In this document: piece after piece, positions 1 through 15,222 of the stretch | Numbering within the stretch: the first letter of the stretch is position 1 | How the letters are laid out: each line of letters opens with the position of its first letter | Assembly: GCF_009914755.1 (NCBI RefSeq) | Contig: NC_060927.1 | Strand: one strand, 5' to 3' | Length of the DNA: 64,000 bases | DNA from: the human T2T-CHM13v2.0 reference genome, Homo sapiens | The notes under the pieces: generated by a model | The model's database searches: none | Told to the model about the DNA's origin: nothing | What the model saw: the letters and a program-made list of their open reading frames with translations, nothing else | Program-made: the position numbers and the translations under genes

Positions 1-685
1 AGTGATCGGCCCGCTTTGGTCTCCCAAAGTGCTGGGATTACAGGTGTGTGCCAACATGCCTATTAGTTTGTTTTTATACTTTTTATAAAATGCCTTTTCA
101 CATCTTTTCCTTATGTTCACTTCTATGGGCTCTTTAAATATTTACCCCTTGTTCTGTTCATTGTGAATACGATTCCCAGTCTGAGGCTTGATTTTATGTT
201 TCCTTTTTTCTGTCACGACACCACAAACCTCTTCCGCTCACTATCTACCCCTATTGATGGTGGCAAACTAAAAACCTGAGAATGCACCTAAACATTTTCC
301 TCTCTTTTCCCTTGGTAGGTAGAGAAATCAATGTCCCTGGACTAAGTATAAAAAGGCACAGGACTTTCTCTGGCCTTGTCATTGCCATGACCCACAGTAC
401 ATCTTTCAACACCATAGGTTGGAATGTAATTCTGGCTGTCTGTCCAAACCTTATTAAAGTTCAAACCTATTCCTTCTTTCTGGAATTTCAGTAACATGTG
501 TAGTTTTAAACTGAAAAAGTTTAGGCAAGACAACATATTTGAAAGTACATTCTAAAGTGCTATATAAATATTATTATGAACAACAACTAAAAATAAGAAC
601 AAGAGGGAAGGAATTAACAAGAAATTCTAGATATTTTTGCTATGGGAAGACATTAGACTGAAAAAAAAAAAAAGACTAGATCTCA

Positions 686-820
<135 letters not shown>

Positions 821-988
821 TCATTAATTCAAGACTAACTCAGAATTAACTAAAAACATTAACAAACTCTGTGCTAATATTTTCACTAATTTTATAACAA
901 ATATTACACTCTTTGGATAGCATGTCCCTGTGACATTATTTCAGACATTAAATTAAAAGATTTTTTAAATTGTTTGCCATGTGTAAGT

Positions 989-1190
989 TACATCCTATTG
1001 AATATAAGCATAGCTTCGGAGAACTTTTAAGATTTTCCTTCCTTGATTATATTCTACCTCCCGAGGCTGACAGCTGGCCCTACTACTCCCATAAGGCAGT
1101 GACTTTCTGCTTGCTATTCACAGGAGATTCACTGCGCAAAGCACAGTCACTTACTAGAGGTCCGAGAGGATAACACCTGGGTTCAGGGGT
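989..1190 (-). repeat. Intragenic 202-bp direct duplicate of 3179-3380 (36 nt exon end + donor + 166 nt intron)
   Basis: Ungapped alignment at offset 2190 with 9 mismatches. Confidence 0.97.
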
Positions 1191-1789
1191 ACTAATTGTA
1201 TGCTGTAATACTGTTTGTATTACACTGTATGTGTATTACATTAATTACATGGTTAATTTTTTCCTTCTTGCTTGCTTTTACCACTATACGGAGAGTTCTT
1301 AAGAATCACGTAAGTAACTGCATCACGAGGTCACAAAACTGTAATGGTTCAATTTATTATCATGTCTAAGGGTATTTTCAGGGAAGAGAGCACATGAAAC
1401 TAGTGACATCCACATAATGACATTTGTATGGTCAAGTGACATTAAATGTTTAGCAAAACCCTATGAGTTCTTTTTAAGTTGTAAGCACATATTCTGATAA
1501 GCACATTTGCTTATGTTATCTCAATTCCTTTTAATAACCCTGACATACAGATGCTATAATTCTCAAGGATATGAAAAACCTGAAGCTCAACCAGTTTTCT
1601 GTGCCTTGTTTGTAGTCACATAACTAACAAGTCACCACTGCCTATTGGCTGGTATGATTACTTCAGAGGCATTTCCTTTACACATTTTGGGTCTGTTAGG
1701 TACTTTCATCAAAATACAAAACTATGGCAGCAAAATCAATATTGCTATCACTGAAACAAGATGTATGAATATATTACTGAAAATATCCT

Positions 1790-2090
1790 TGCCTGGGCAC
1801 GGTGGCTCATGCTTGTAATCCCAGCACTTTGAAAGGCCGGGGTGGGTGAATCACTTGAGCTCAGGAGTTCAATACCACCCTGGTCAACATGGTGAAACCC
1901 CATCTTTACAAAAAATACAAAAAGTGAACCAGGTGTGGTGGTGTGTGCCTGTAGTTCCAGCTACTCTGGGGGCTGAGGTAGGATGATCACTTGGGCCTGG
2001 GAGGTGGAGGTTTCAGTGAGCCAAGATCGTGCCATTGCACTCCAGGCTGGGTGACAGTGAGACCCTGTCTCAAAAAAAAAAAAAAAAAAG
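1790..2090 (+). mobile_element. Alu
   Basis: Dimeric Alu consensus with A tail. Confidence 0.95.
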
Positions 2091-2389
2091 TAAAAATAAT
2101 ATCTTGTATTTCATAAGCTTTTTAATCAAAGGAGTAGGCGCGTTTTGTATTTTGTAGGGGGAAATAAAAGAAGGTTCATTAGGACAGTATATTTAAGTGA
2201 ATGGTATAAATCATTTTATAAGAGGGGGAAAAAAAAAGCATTTAGGACATGTTCAACTTGACTTTAGGACCATTAATAGCTACCTTCCTGGCTGCAAATT
2301 GTTACACACTTACACTACACATCACCTTTCAGATAAAGCAAAATGGCAACAAATGAAAAATTCTAAGAAATTTGATGTTAAAAATCTCA

Positions 2390-2527
<138 letters not shown>

Positions 2528-3344
2528 TTAGTCAACTTCAGTGTAATGATACAGAAGATTATAATTTTACCACTATATACTAGGCTTGGGAAAACTCCTC
2601 ACCTATTCCTGTCAGGTCTGCAGAAGAGTCAGACTTAGAAGAGTCCCACTTGGTAGAAAAGCAACCATGAGGACAGCCTTGGGTGGCATATACTAATGCC
2701 AGATAGGCTGGACTCAAAACCTAAGATTGGCCCTTCTCACCTTCTCCACTTAACATTCCTTCTCTCGTTTCCTTTTATTTGCTTAACTTTACATTATTAC
2801 ATTTAGTGAATAAAAAATTAGAACAAATCATTGGATTAAAATTAGAACTATTTTGAGACCATTCTTGATTTCTTAACAAGGGATTCATTTGAATACTGAT
2901 AATATACTGAATACAGACTATTATTTTCCATTATTACTTTTGTAGGGAATGAGAAAGTGAGAAATAAGTTGCCAAATTCACTCAAGACAAGATCTTATTT
3001 TAAAATAGGAAAATCAATCAGTAAATAATTTACTACAGTTTGCAACATTTTGCTTATTAGGATTGTCAACTCTTAAAAATCAGTAATATAGAAAATAAAT
3101 TTAATTACATATAATTGAAATATAAATTCATTTGTAATAACTTTCACTAAATCCACTGGTAAGTTTAGCTGATAAGCATACATCCTATTGAATATAAGCA
3201 TAGCCTCGGAGAACTTTTAAGATTTTCCTTCCTTAATTATATTCTACTTCCTGAGGCTGACAGCTGGTCCTACTACTCCCATAAGGCAGTGACTTTCTGC
3301 TTGCTATTCATAGGAGATTCACTGCGCAAAGCACAGTCACTTAC

Positions 3345-3577
<233 letters not shown>

Positions 3578-3816
3578 TCATGTGATCATATCAATCAATA
3601 ACACCTGCTCCCAACATATACACATAACCATAAACACACATAACCAGCTGAAGTAAAAATAGTGTCTGACTTACGAAAAGCATTTTACATACAATAAACT
3701 TATTTTTAACAGTTGTTATAGCATCATTTTCAAACTTTCTTTAAACCTTTTCTTAAACAAAATCTTACAAATTCGAGAAAAGCAGACTTAGATTATGGGT
3801 ACTTAAGATAAATGTG

Positions 3817-4227
<411 letters not shown>

Positions 4228-4580
4228 TCACTAACCTAAACCAGTCCATTTGGCCAACTTCATAGTATTAGAGAAAAACCTATGTAGAAGTAACTCTGAG
4301 GTTCTTGCTATTCAACCTTAATATCTACTTCTTGTCATCACTCTTGTATGATATCTCAATATATTCTATTTCCATTAACAGCATAGCTAGAACGAATTAT
4401 TTTATAATAAAGTGTGAATATAGACATGCTATTTGTTATTCAAATCTAAATTACTTGTTTTTATAATAACTATGGCTATCAAAACTTATGCAAGTAAAAA
4501 AAAAAACTTATGCAAGTAGTACAAGGTGTATCAACAATGGCCAACTAAATCAAAACCATTATGTTTAAAATTCAACTTTA

Positions 4581-5200
<620 letters not shown>

Positions 5201-6199
5201 TAAAATTCAACTTTATTATTTAATAACTGAGGGTCTTTTATGTCACAGTACATAAAATTCATAACAACTTCAGCCACGCATAAAGAAGGAGCAGCTTATT
5301 TTACAAGTATATCATTAAAACTGGAAAAAACAAATGTTAAAAATAGAATTAAAAAGTATACCGTAACAAGCATATAAAATATGTCTATCACAAATATAAA
5401 CAATGTGGCTTGAAATTCCATGAACAAGAGATTTAATTTATAACATGTTTTCATTTTTAAATTCTGCTTCTATGCAAGGAGACCACTAAGACTATGTAGG
5501 GAGATGAATTCAAGCATGCAGTTTCCACAGAGGCTGAGACCTTGCTCACAGGAAACTAGGAAGGACCTATGCAGCTTGATGATAAAATTGAGATGGCTGA
5601 AACTTACCAAGTTAGCCATCTGTTAAAACCACAGATCACTCTACTTCTCAACAGTTTCAGGAGCTGTACAAACACTGGTGACAAGGCAACCAGATAAAAA
5701 CTGGGCTAAGCAAACAGGAACTTTTTACAAGTATGTGAAATTTGAAACTTCTTCCATGTCTGTACAGTTGAAAGTTTTCATGCTCCATCTCTAATTGTGT
5801 TGATATCCACACTTCCTGGAACAGTGTCCTGAATACCCCATGGACATAAGTCTAATACTTTAAGTGTTTCAACACCTTGTCCTTTTGTAAGTTTATAGTA
5901 ATAACAAGAACAGCTATGTACAGGGTAAAGTCTTCCTCTCACAATTCATCAATCAAAAAAAAAAAAACAGGAGTTAGAATAATTTGTTCATACATATATC
6001 ATCCTTTTATTGTCTTTAACATCAAGCTGAGGCTCCCAGAAAATATGCAGTGTGGAAAATGGTTATATGATGACAATAAGCAAGTTATGACTAAGTATGG
6101 CCTAACAGGCTTTGGCAGAAAATTTGAATTTTACTCATAGTGCAATGAAAAATTATTGAAGGGATTTTAAAAGGGAAATGATGTAATACAATCTACTTC

Positions 6200-6478
6200 T
6201 TTTTTTGAGACAGGGTCTTGCTCTGTTGCCCAGGCTAGGGTGTAGTGGTACAATCAAATCATAGCTCACTGCAACCTCAAATTCCTGGGCTCAAGCAATC
6301 CTCCCACCTCGGCCTCTCAAGTAGCTGGGACTACAGTTGCAAGCCACCTTCTAATTTTTTCTAGAGATGGGTCTCACTATGTTGTGCAGGTTAGTCTCAA
6401 ACTTCTGGGCTTAAGTGATCCTCCCACCTTAGCCTTTCAAAGTGCTGGGTTTTCAGGTGTGAGCCACTGCATCTGGCC
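6200..6478 (-). mobile_element. Alu (old, J-like)
   Basis: Reverse Alu consensus. Confidence 0.92.
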
Positions 6479-6944
6479 ACAGTCTACATTTTTAAAATGT
6501 CACTTTATCTTCTGTGTATAGAATGTTGGGGGAGATGTAGGAAGGGAAACAAGGGGTACAATTTAGATAGTTAATGAAGAAGTCCAGTGAAAAAGAATAG
6601 TAGCTTGGACTAGGATGGTAGCCATGAACACAAGGGAAATAGGCAGAGATGTGAGATATATTTCAGGGTTCTATAAAATTCAGAGGATTAATAATATTGA
6701 TTCCATGTTGTTGTTAAGAATAAATGACCCATAATAAGTGATGAATAAACATTAGCTATTATTACAATCATTAATGGGCTTTTCAAAAGGAAGGGATCAG
6801 AAAAAGTTTTTAACATCATGAAAAATCCTAAATATTAAAAACACCTAATGGAAGCCTATGAGAGTTCTTCTGGCAATGCAAATGAATTAGAAAAGAGTAG
6901 TTTAACTGGAAATTAGGAATCTGATATAAAAATAGGGTGGGGCA

Positions 6945-7329
<385 letters not shown>

Positions 7330-7548
7330 TTATTTTTCAGGTAGCATTCAGTTAATATTTTTGTGCTAAGTTCATTGAAACTTCATTTTTTGACTTAAAT
7401 TTTGACAAAAGAATGTATTCATCAGGTTGTCTGTTACTGAGACTTCTATGAAATAATGTGGTGGGAGAAATGGCATTTGATAAAACTGATCAAACACCAA
7501 GTACCAAATTGAACATGAAGATTAAAACAAGCTGATATTCATGCTTTA

Positions 7549-7749
<201 letters not shown>

Positions 7750-7845
7750 TCACCGAATAAATACTGACTTCTTTATTCTACAAAAAATAAACTTATGATG
7801 GCAAGGTCATTGTGTGCATTATTATTTCCTTCCTCCCTTCCTTCC

Positions 7846-8312
7846 TTTTTTGAGAGTCTCACTCTGTTGCCCAGGCTGGTGTGCACTGGTGTGATCTCGG
7901 CTCACTGCAATCTCCACCCACCGGGTTCAAGCTTGCCTAAAATAAAAAAGTGTAGCTAGATGTCGCTAGGTGACTAGGTTCTAGCCAACAGGATGCAAGA
8001 TGAAGTGATGTGCACAAAAAATGAGTCCTGGACTTAGAAGGAAATGCTGGTCCCTCCCCTTCCCTCCCCTCCCCATTTCTGGCTCGAATGTGGATGGGGT
8101 GGCCAGCCCCTTCATACTTGCGATTCTCCTGCCTCAGCCTCCCGAGTAGCTGGGATTATAGGCATGCGCCACCATGCCTGGCTAATTTTGCATTTTTAGT
8201 AGAGACAGGGTTTTGCCATGTGGCCAGGCTGGTCTAAACTCCTGGCCTCAAGTGATCCATCCACCTTGGCCTCCCAAAGTGCTGGGAACAGGCATGAGCC
8301 ACCACGCCTGGC
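7846..8312 (-). mobile_element. Alu split by a 187-bp MLT1-like insert (7933-8119)
   Basis: Alu consensus ggttcaagc|gattctcctgcc is interrupted. Confidence 0.9.
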
Positions 8313-8362
8313 TACTTTGTGCATAATTATTAGTGACATGGGTCAACTTTCCAATTTGTTAA

Positions 8363-8530
8363 ACTTCAAAGTTCAAAAGCTATGATATTCTATAATTAGT
8401 TAATACTTCAAAGTTCAAAAGCTATGATATTCTATAATTAGTTAATACTTCAAAGTTCAAAAGCTATGATATTCTATAGTTAGTTAATACTTCAAAGTTC
8501 AAAAGCTATGATATTCTATAATTAGTTAAT
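8363..8530. repeat. Minisatellite, 4 x 42 bp
   Basis: Unit acttcaaagttcaaaagctatgatattctataattagttaat; one substitution in copy 3. Confidence 0.98.
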
Positions 8531-9723
8531 TCTTTATTCCAAGAAGTCTAAAATGTGTACATCTTACCTGATTTGCTTTTGTACGGGTAAGGCAATCTTA
8601 CCAATTTAAAGACAATAGGCTGAAACAGGTATCTATGAAATCTGACTGGTATTAAACAATTGACTAATGCCCTGATTAGCATCTATTCCAATTTTTTTCT
8701 TACTTAAAAAGTGATGTACATATTTGAAAAAGGAAGGAATACTTATTTTGTTATTCCCTGAGAGGTTTAAAAACTAAGACTGAATGAATGAGAAAAGACA
8801 AGTTAAAAATAAGAAAAGGTTCTAGAACAACACAAGAAAGTAAAAAAAAGAGTGGAAAAAAATATATGAATAAGAAAACCATATTCAGAAATAAAACTAA
8901 AATTAAGAGCACAACATTATAGAGCTTATTGCCTTTGAGAAGCTCAGCAAAGAAAAGAAAAAAGAAGAAAAGAAGAAAAAGAAAAGAAAAGGAAGGAAGG
9001 AGAAAGAGAGAAAGAAAGAAAAAAGGTAGTTTTTTTTTCTGACAAGCATTAGTTTCAGTACTATGAAGTCCAGATTGGGAGGGAAAAAAAATGTCTGAGT
9101 ACAGAGTCAGAAATGAGAAATCTATTAATACAATTTCCTTAGAAAACAAAGGAATAACTTTAGTTCTCATTCCTGATTTTACTCTTATATGAACTTGGTG
9201 AAGTAAGGTTCGTGTATTTCTGGAAATTACCTACTTAATAAAGAAATTGAATAAAATTGCTGTCATTATAGTATACCTTTACCTTCACTCAATAACACTA
9301 GTAATGACAGTACCACCCACAACTTTCTAGATGAAATAAATAGGTCTGCATTGAGCCCAAATATATTAAGACAATAAGTACACTTTACTGGAAAATAGCA
9401 ATACATTATTAATTTCAGTTAAAAATCAAGCAGGTAGAAAACACACACAAAAAAAAAAAAAAGAAAGGAAGGAAGAAATGAAGAAATCAAGCAGGCATGG
9501 AGGGACACATAAGGGTCTTGGATAACTGAATTACTTTGTCAAATCTCAAATCATAAAAATCAAGAGTGCTGGTATCAAGAAACAGGAGAAGGCACCAAAA
9601 CCATATAAATGTTATAAACGGTTCAGAAAAAAACTAAAGCAGCTATTTTTCTATTAAATATATTATGCTTGTTTATAGTTACTAAAGCACCTGGTGGGCT
9701 CAAAGTAAAATATAAAAGACTTA

Positions 9724-10002
<279 letters not shown>

Positions 10003-10119
10003 TCACTGTACCACTGTTACAATATCACAAAAAAAGCTGAAGATTTCAGATGGGGAAAAGGGAGTCAAGAGGGTCAAAGAACAGATACTAGAGATATTTT
10101 AATCAAATGAATTAGATTG

Positions 10120-10487
10120 TGATATGGTCTGGCTTTTGTCCCTACTCAAATCTCACCTCAAATTATAATCCCTATAATTCCCACATGTCAAAGGAGCATC
10201 CTGGTGGGAGGTGACTGAATCAATGTGGCCCTCCATGCTAGTCTCATGACAGTGAGTGAGTTCTCATGAGATCTGATGGCTTCATAAGAGGTGGTTTCCC
10301 CTGCTCTTTCCCTTTTCCTGCCACCTTGTGAAGATGGTACTTGCTTCTCCTTCGCCTTCTACCATAATTTTAAGTTTTGTGAGGCCTCCCTAGCCATGTG
10401 GAACTGTGAGTCAATTAAACATCTTTCCTTTATAAATTACCCAGTCTCAGGTAATTCTTTATAATGGTGTGAAAATGGACTACTACA
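10120..10487 (+). mobile_element. MaLR solo LTR (THE1/MST family)
   Basis: tgatatggtctgg...ccagtctcaggtaattcttt...tactaca with 5-bp TSD gattg. Confidence 0.92.
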
Positions 10488-11804
10488 GATTGTTAAAATT
10501 CATGACTGTATTTTTCAGTCAGCTAAGAGTTACCAAAAATATTAGGTACTTTAATACTGATTTCTGATCATGCTAAAAAATTTGTGCTTAGTAAAACAAT
10601 CATTTTTAAAATAAAAATTCCATCAGTACTTTCACAATTTATTTTCCTTTGCTGTTATTAGGGTTAAGTTGTCCCAGATAACCAATGTACAATTAAAATC
10701 TTAACTTCAAATAGTTTGAAGGATGAGAAAGTGAATACATTTATAAGTGGGAATTGATCATTGAAATAATATAACAGATAACATTGTAATTAACTGAGCT
10801 CAATTAATTAAGGTTAGTGGTTCTCTATTTTGTGTCAATCTCCAAACCATTCTACCTGTAAACACACTCCTATCAGAGGCAACTCCAGCAGTATAAGGTA
10901 TGAAGCCCAAGTGCCCCAAGTGCTCCACTTACTCTCCACAGTATTGGGTAATAAATGGTTAAGGAATTAGTAGTCTAAGGCAGATATCTGGGACTGAAAC
11001 CCAGGGCACTATATACCAAAACCAAAAACTCATAACCAGAAATTTCACAATAGAAAAACCACCAGAATTAGCTACACGGAATACACGGATCACTGCCGTC
11101 TCCTCAGAGGGATCAATGCGTTTAAGAAAAACACTTGGCTCAGCCCAAGGAGAACCAGGTGGCCCCTCCACAACAGGTCTCCAATGCAAACTTAAGCAGA
11201 TGGTGAAGCAACTGGGAATTCATTTTTTAAAACTATCTATAACACAATTTTGATTAGGTTTATTGTAAAATTCATGCCCACTATATAACCTATAAATAGT
11301 GTAAAAAATAGAAAGTATAGGAATAGGAAGCTGTTTCCTCTTCTCTCACATTTCTAATTTCACTCCCCAGAAGTAAGCACTATTGGTGAGTCTGTGTAAT
11401 TACTTTTGGCTATTACACAGCTTAAAACATACACGATTTTAAAAAGAAAAAAGGATCATAGTATCCACACTATTTTGTGGGCTTTTATGTTTCAAAAACC
11501 ATAAAGTACATAAGCCTCATTTTTGAACCTAGAAAGAAAATGGATAAACTTCATTGTCTGAGACAGTCATTTCTTCAGTGAATCTCATAGATTCTCACAA
11601 ATGCACCATCCAAGGGAGACTGTACAAACATGTTCACTGAAGCATTATTTATAATAGGGAAATGTGGAGAAACTTAAATATTCCTTAATAGGGAATGAAT
11701 TAAATAAGATATATCCCTATGACAGAATATTACACAGTAGTGAAAGGAATAAATGACATTTAAACATAATGGGAGAGACTAACCTCAAAAACCTGATGTT
11801 GAAT

Positions 11805-12425
11805 TTTTATTTATTTATGTATTTGTATTTTATTTTTTGACACAGGGTCTCACTCTGTCACCCAGGCTGGAGTGTAGTGGCACCATCTCAGCTCCTGCAA
11901 CCTCCGCCTCCAGGGCTCAAGTGATCCTCCTACCTCAGCCGCCCAAGTAGCTGGGACCACAGGTGCGCACCTCCACGCCCAGCTAATGTCTCTGTATTTT
12001 TGGTAGAGACGGGGCTTAACCATGTTGCCAAGGCTGGTCTCAAACTCCTGGGCTCATCGATCTGCCTGCGTTTGTCTCCCAAAGTGATGGGATTATAGGT
12101 GTGAGCCACCACAGCTGGCTGAATTATTATTATTTTTTTTTGGAGACGGAGTCTCGCTCTGTCAACCAGGCTGGAGTGCAGTGGTACGATCTCTGCCCAC
12201 TGCAACCTCTGCCTCCTGGGTTCAAGTGATTCTTCTGCCTCAGCCTCCTGAGTAGCTGAGATTACAGGCACCGGCCACCACGCCTGGCTAATTTTTTGTA
12301 TTTTTAGTAGAGATGGGGTTTCACCATGTTGGCCAGGCTGGTCTCAAACTCCTGACCTCAAGTGATCTGCCTGCCTCAGCCTCCCAAAGTGCAGGGATTA
12401 CAGGCATAAGCCACCACACCCAGCC
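11805..12425 (-). mobile_element. Two tandem Alus
   Basis: Reverse Alu consensus twice. Confidence 0.95.
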
Positions 12426-12659
12426 ATCTGGCCAAATTTTTAAAAAGCATGATATAAACTAATGCATATGGCAAGACACATTTGTGTAATAATAATTCCA
12501 TGTCTATATTTTCATAGATATATATGAAACAGAAAAATGTGATATAGAAGCATACACACCAAATTCATGATAATGTTTGCCTCTGAGAAGGAAGAGAAGT
12601 AATCAAGACTGGATAAGGAAACTATGAGGACTTCAACTTTAACTGTAATGTATTTGCTT

Positions 12660-12662
<3 letters not shown>

Positions 12663-12728
<66 letters not shown>
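12663..12728. repeat. (TA)n microsatellite
   Basis: About 32 uninterrupted TA units. Confidence 0.98.
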
Positions 12729-12731
<3 letters not shown>

Positions 12732-12780
12732 AAACCCATGACAAAAATTAACATTTCTTAATTCTGGAGGGTGGATAGAC

Positions 12781-13330
12781 TGTGTGAAGAAAAGAGGTAA
12801 CACAGCAGGCTTGGCTGCTATCCTCTAACAAGCCTGCTTATAGGATTGGCCCATGGCTAGCATCTGGGAATTAAGATTTCAGGATTCCCACCACCCTCCC
12901 TAATTGATAAGAGTGGCTCACTGCACCTAAACTATTTGTGCAAATAATGGTTTATGTTGTATATCCACTTTACTGCTGGGAGTATAGAAATCTGGTACAT
13001 GCTAGGCAGAGGGTGCTTATGTGATAGCTGCCCGTAAAAACCGTGGCCACGAAGTCTCTAACAAGCTTCCCTTGCAGACTTGTATTATCACAACTCACTC
13101 CTGATAGAAATAAAAGTGTTTGGGGTGACTTCACTGGAAAAGAACTCTTACAAGCTTATGTATGCCTGTTTTCCTCATGACTTCACCCCATGAACCTTTT
13201 TCCCTCTTTAAATTTTGCTCTGTATCCTTTTGCTGCAATAAATTATATCTGTAAGTGACTATGTGCTGAGTTCTGAGTCCTCCCAGTGAGTCATCAAACC
13301 TGAGGGTGATCTTGAGGACCTTCTGACCTA
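12781..13330 (+). mobile_element. ERVL-class solo LTR, MER68-like
   Basis: Starts tgtgtgaagaaaagaggtaacacagcagg...ctgctatcct and ends gagtcatcaaacctgagggtgatcttg; family recalled from consensus. Confidence 0.7.
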
Positions 13331-13450
13331 GCATGCTTTTGGTTTTTTTTTTCTAGTATAAACATTGAGTTGGGGAGCTGGCAGGAGTACATGAGCAAAT
13401 GCTTTGAACTGTGAATAATTCTGAGCCCTTTTCTTTCTTATGAGACATCA

Positions 13451-13744
<294 letters not shown>

Positions 13745-14491
13745 TCACTTTTAATTATTGATGCCTCAAAAATCCATTCCTGTTAATAGAGACTAATAAA
13801 GATTGTCTTTGTTGTTGAAACATTCTATAGATTAAGTCTGAAAAGCTATGAAGTACTTACCCCCAAATAAATTTTATGGGTGAGAGAGAAAAAAATGTTG
13901 AATTTGTAGCCTTTCTAAAGCTCAATTCCATCTGATAAAATCTTATTCCTTAGTATTTAATTTCTCTCATTGGATTTTCCTGGGTATCACCTAAGTACCA
14001 CTGACATCAACGTCATGGAAGGTATATGATATGTATGCAAGATCACTGCTGTAAAACTATGGCAAATAGATGGCAGTGGTTAGAGGATTTTCTTTCAATT
14101 GATTGCTCAAAGTCATACTGGGAGAGGTGGCCTGCAAGCTTGTTGGCTATCTTGTGGATGTTAAGTTTTATTCTCCGACCAATTAAGCTTTGAGAATTCA
14201 ATAAAAACCGTTTATATTTTATTATTTAATTCTACAAGTTATTCAATCTATAATTATGGCAAGCCCTCCCCCAAAAGTCAACAATATCTAAATGAGTATC
14301 TACCAGCTAAGTTAAAAGGCATTTTCTCATATCAAGCAAAAGTAAATAAAAGTTAACTAATTTTTTAAAAATTAGCTTAATTTTTTCAGTTGTTTTACAT
14401 TTGAAAAATATTTTTGCGAAAACAATACTTTTGAATGATTTTTTAAAATTTAATTACTCTATTATTAGCATATATTTATATAAATTGTTAA

Positions 14492-15222
<731 letters not shown>

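Noticed and set aside
970-1173. 67-aa plus-strand ORF over the duplicated segment
   Set aside because: Non-ATG start and antisense to copied intron/exon sequence; no coding evidence
3320-3332. U4 snRNA pseudogene
   Set aside because: The match stops after 13 nt with no A tail or TSD; kept only as a motif observation
8363-8530. Regular repeats as a possible CRISPR-like array
   Set aside because: Units are head-to-tail with no spacers; this is a minisatellite in a human intron
8751-9170. 139-aa hydrophobic ORF resembling a membrane protein
   Set aside because: Arises from a T-rich low-complexity tract (Phe/Leu bias)
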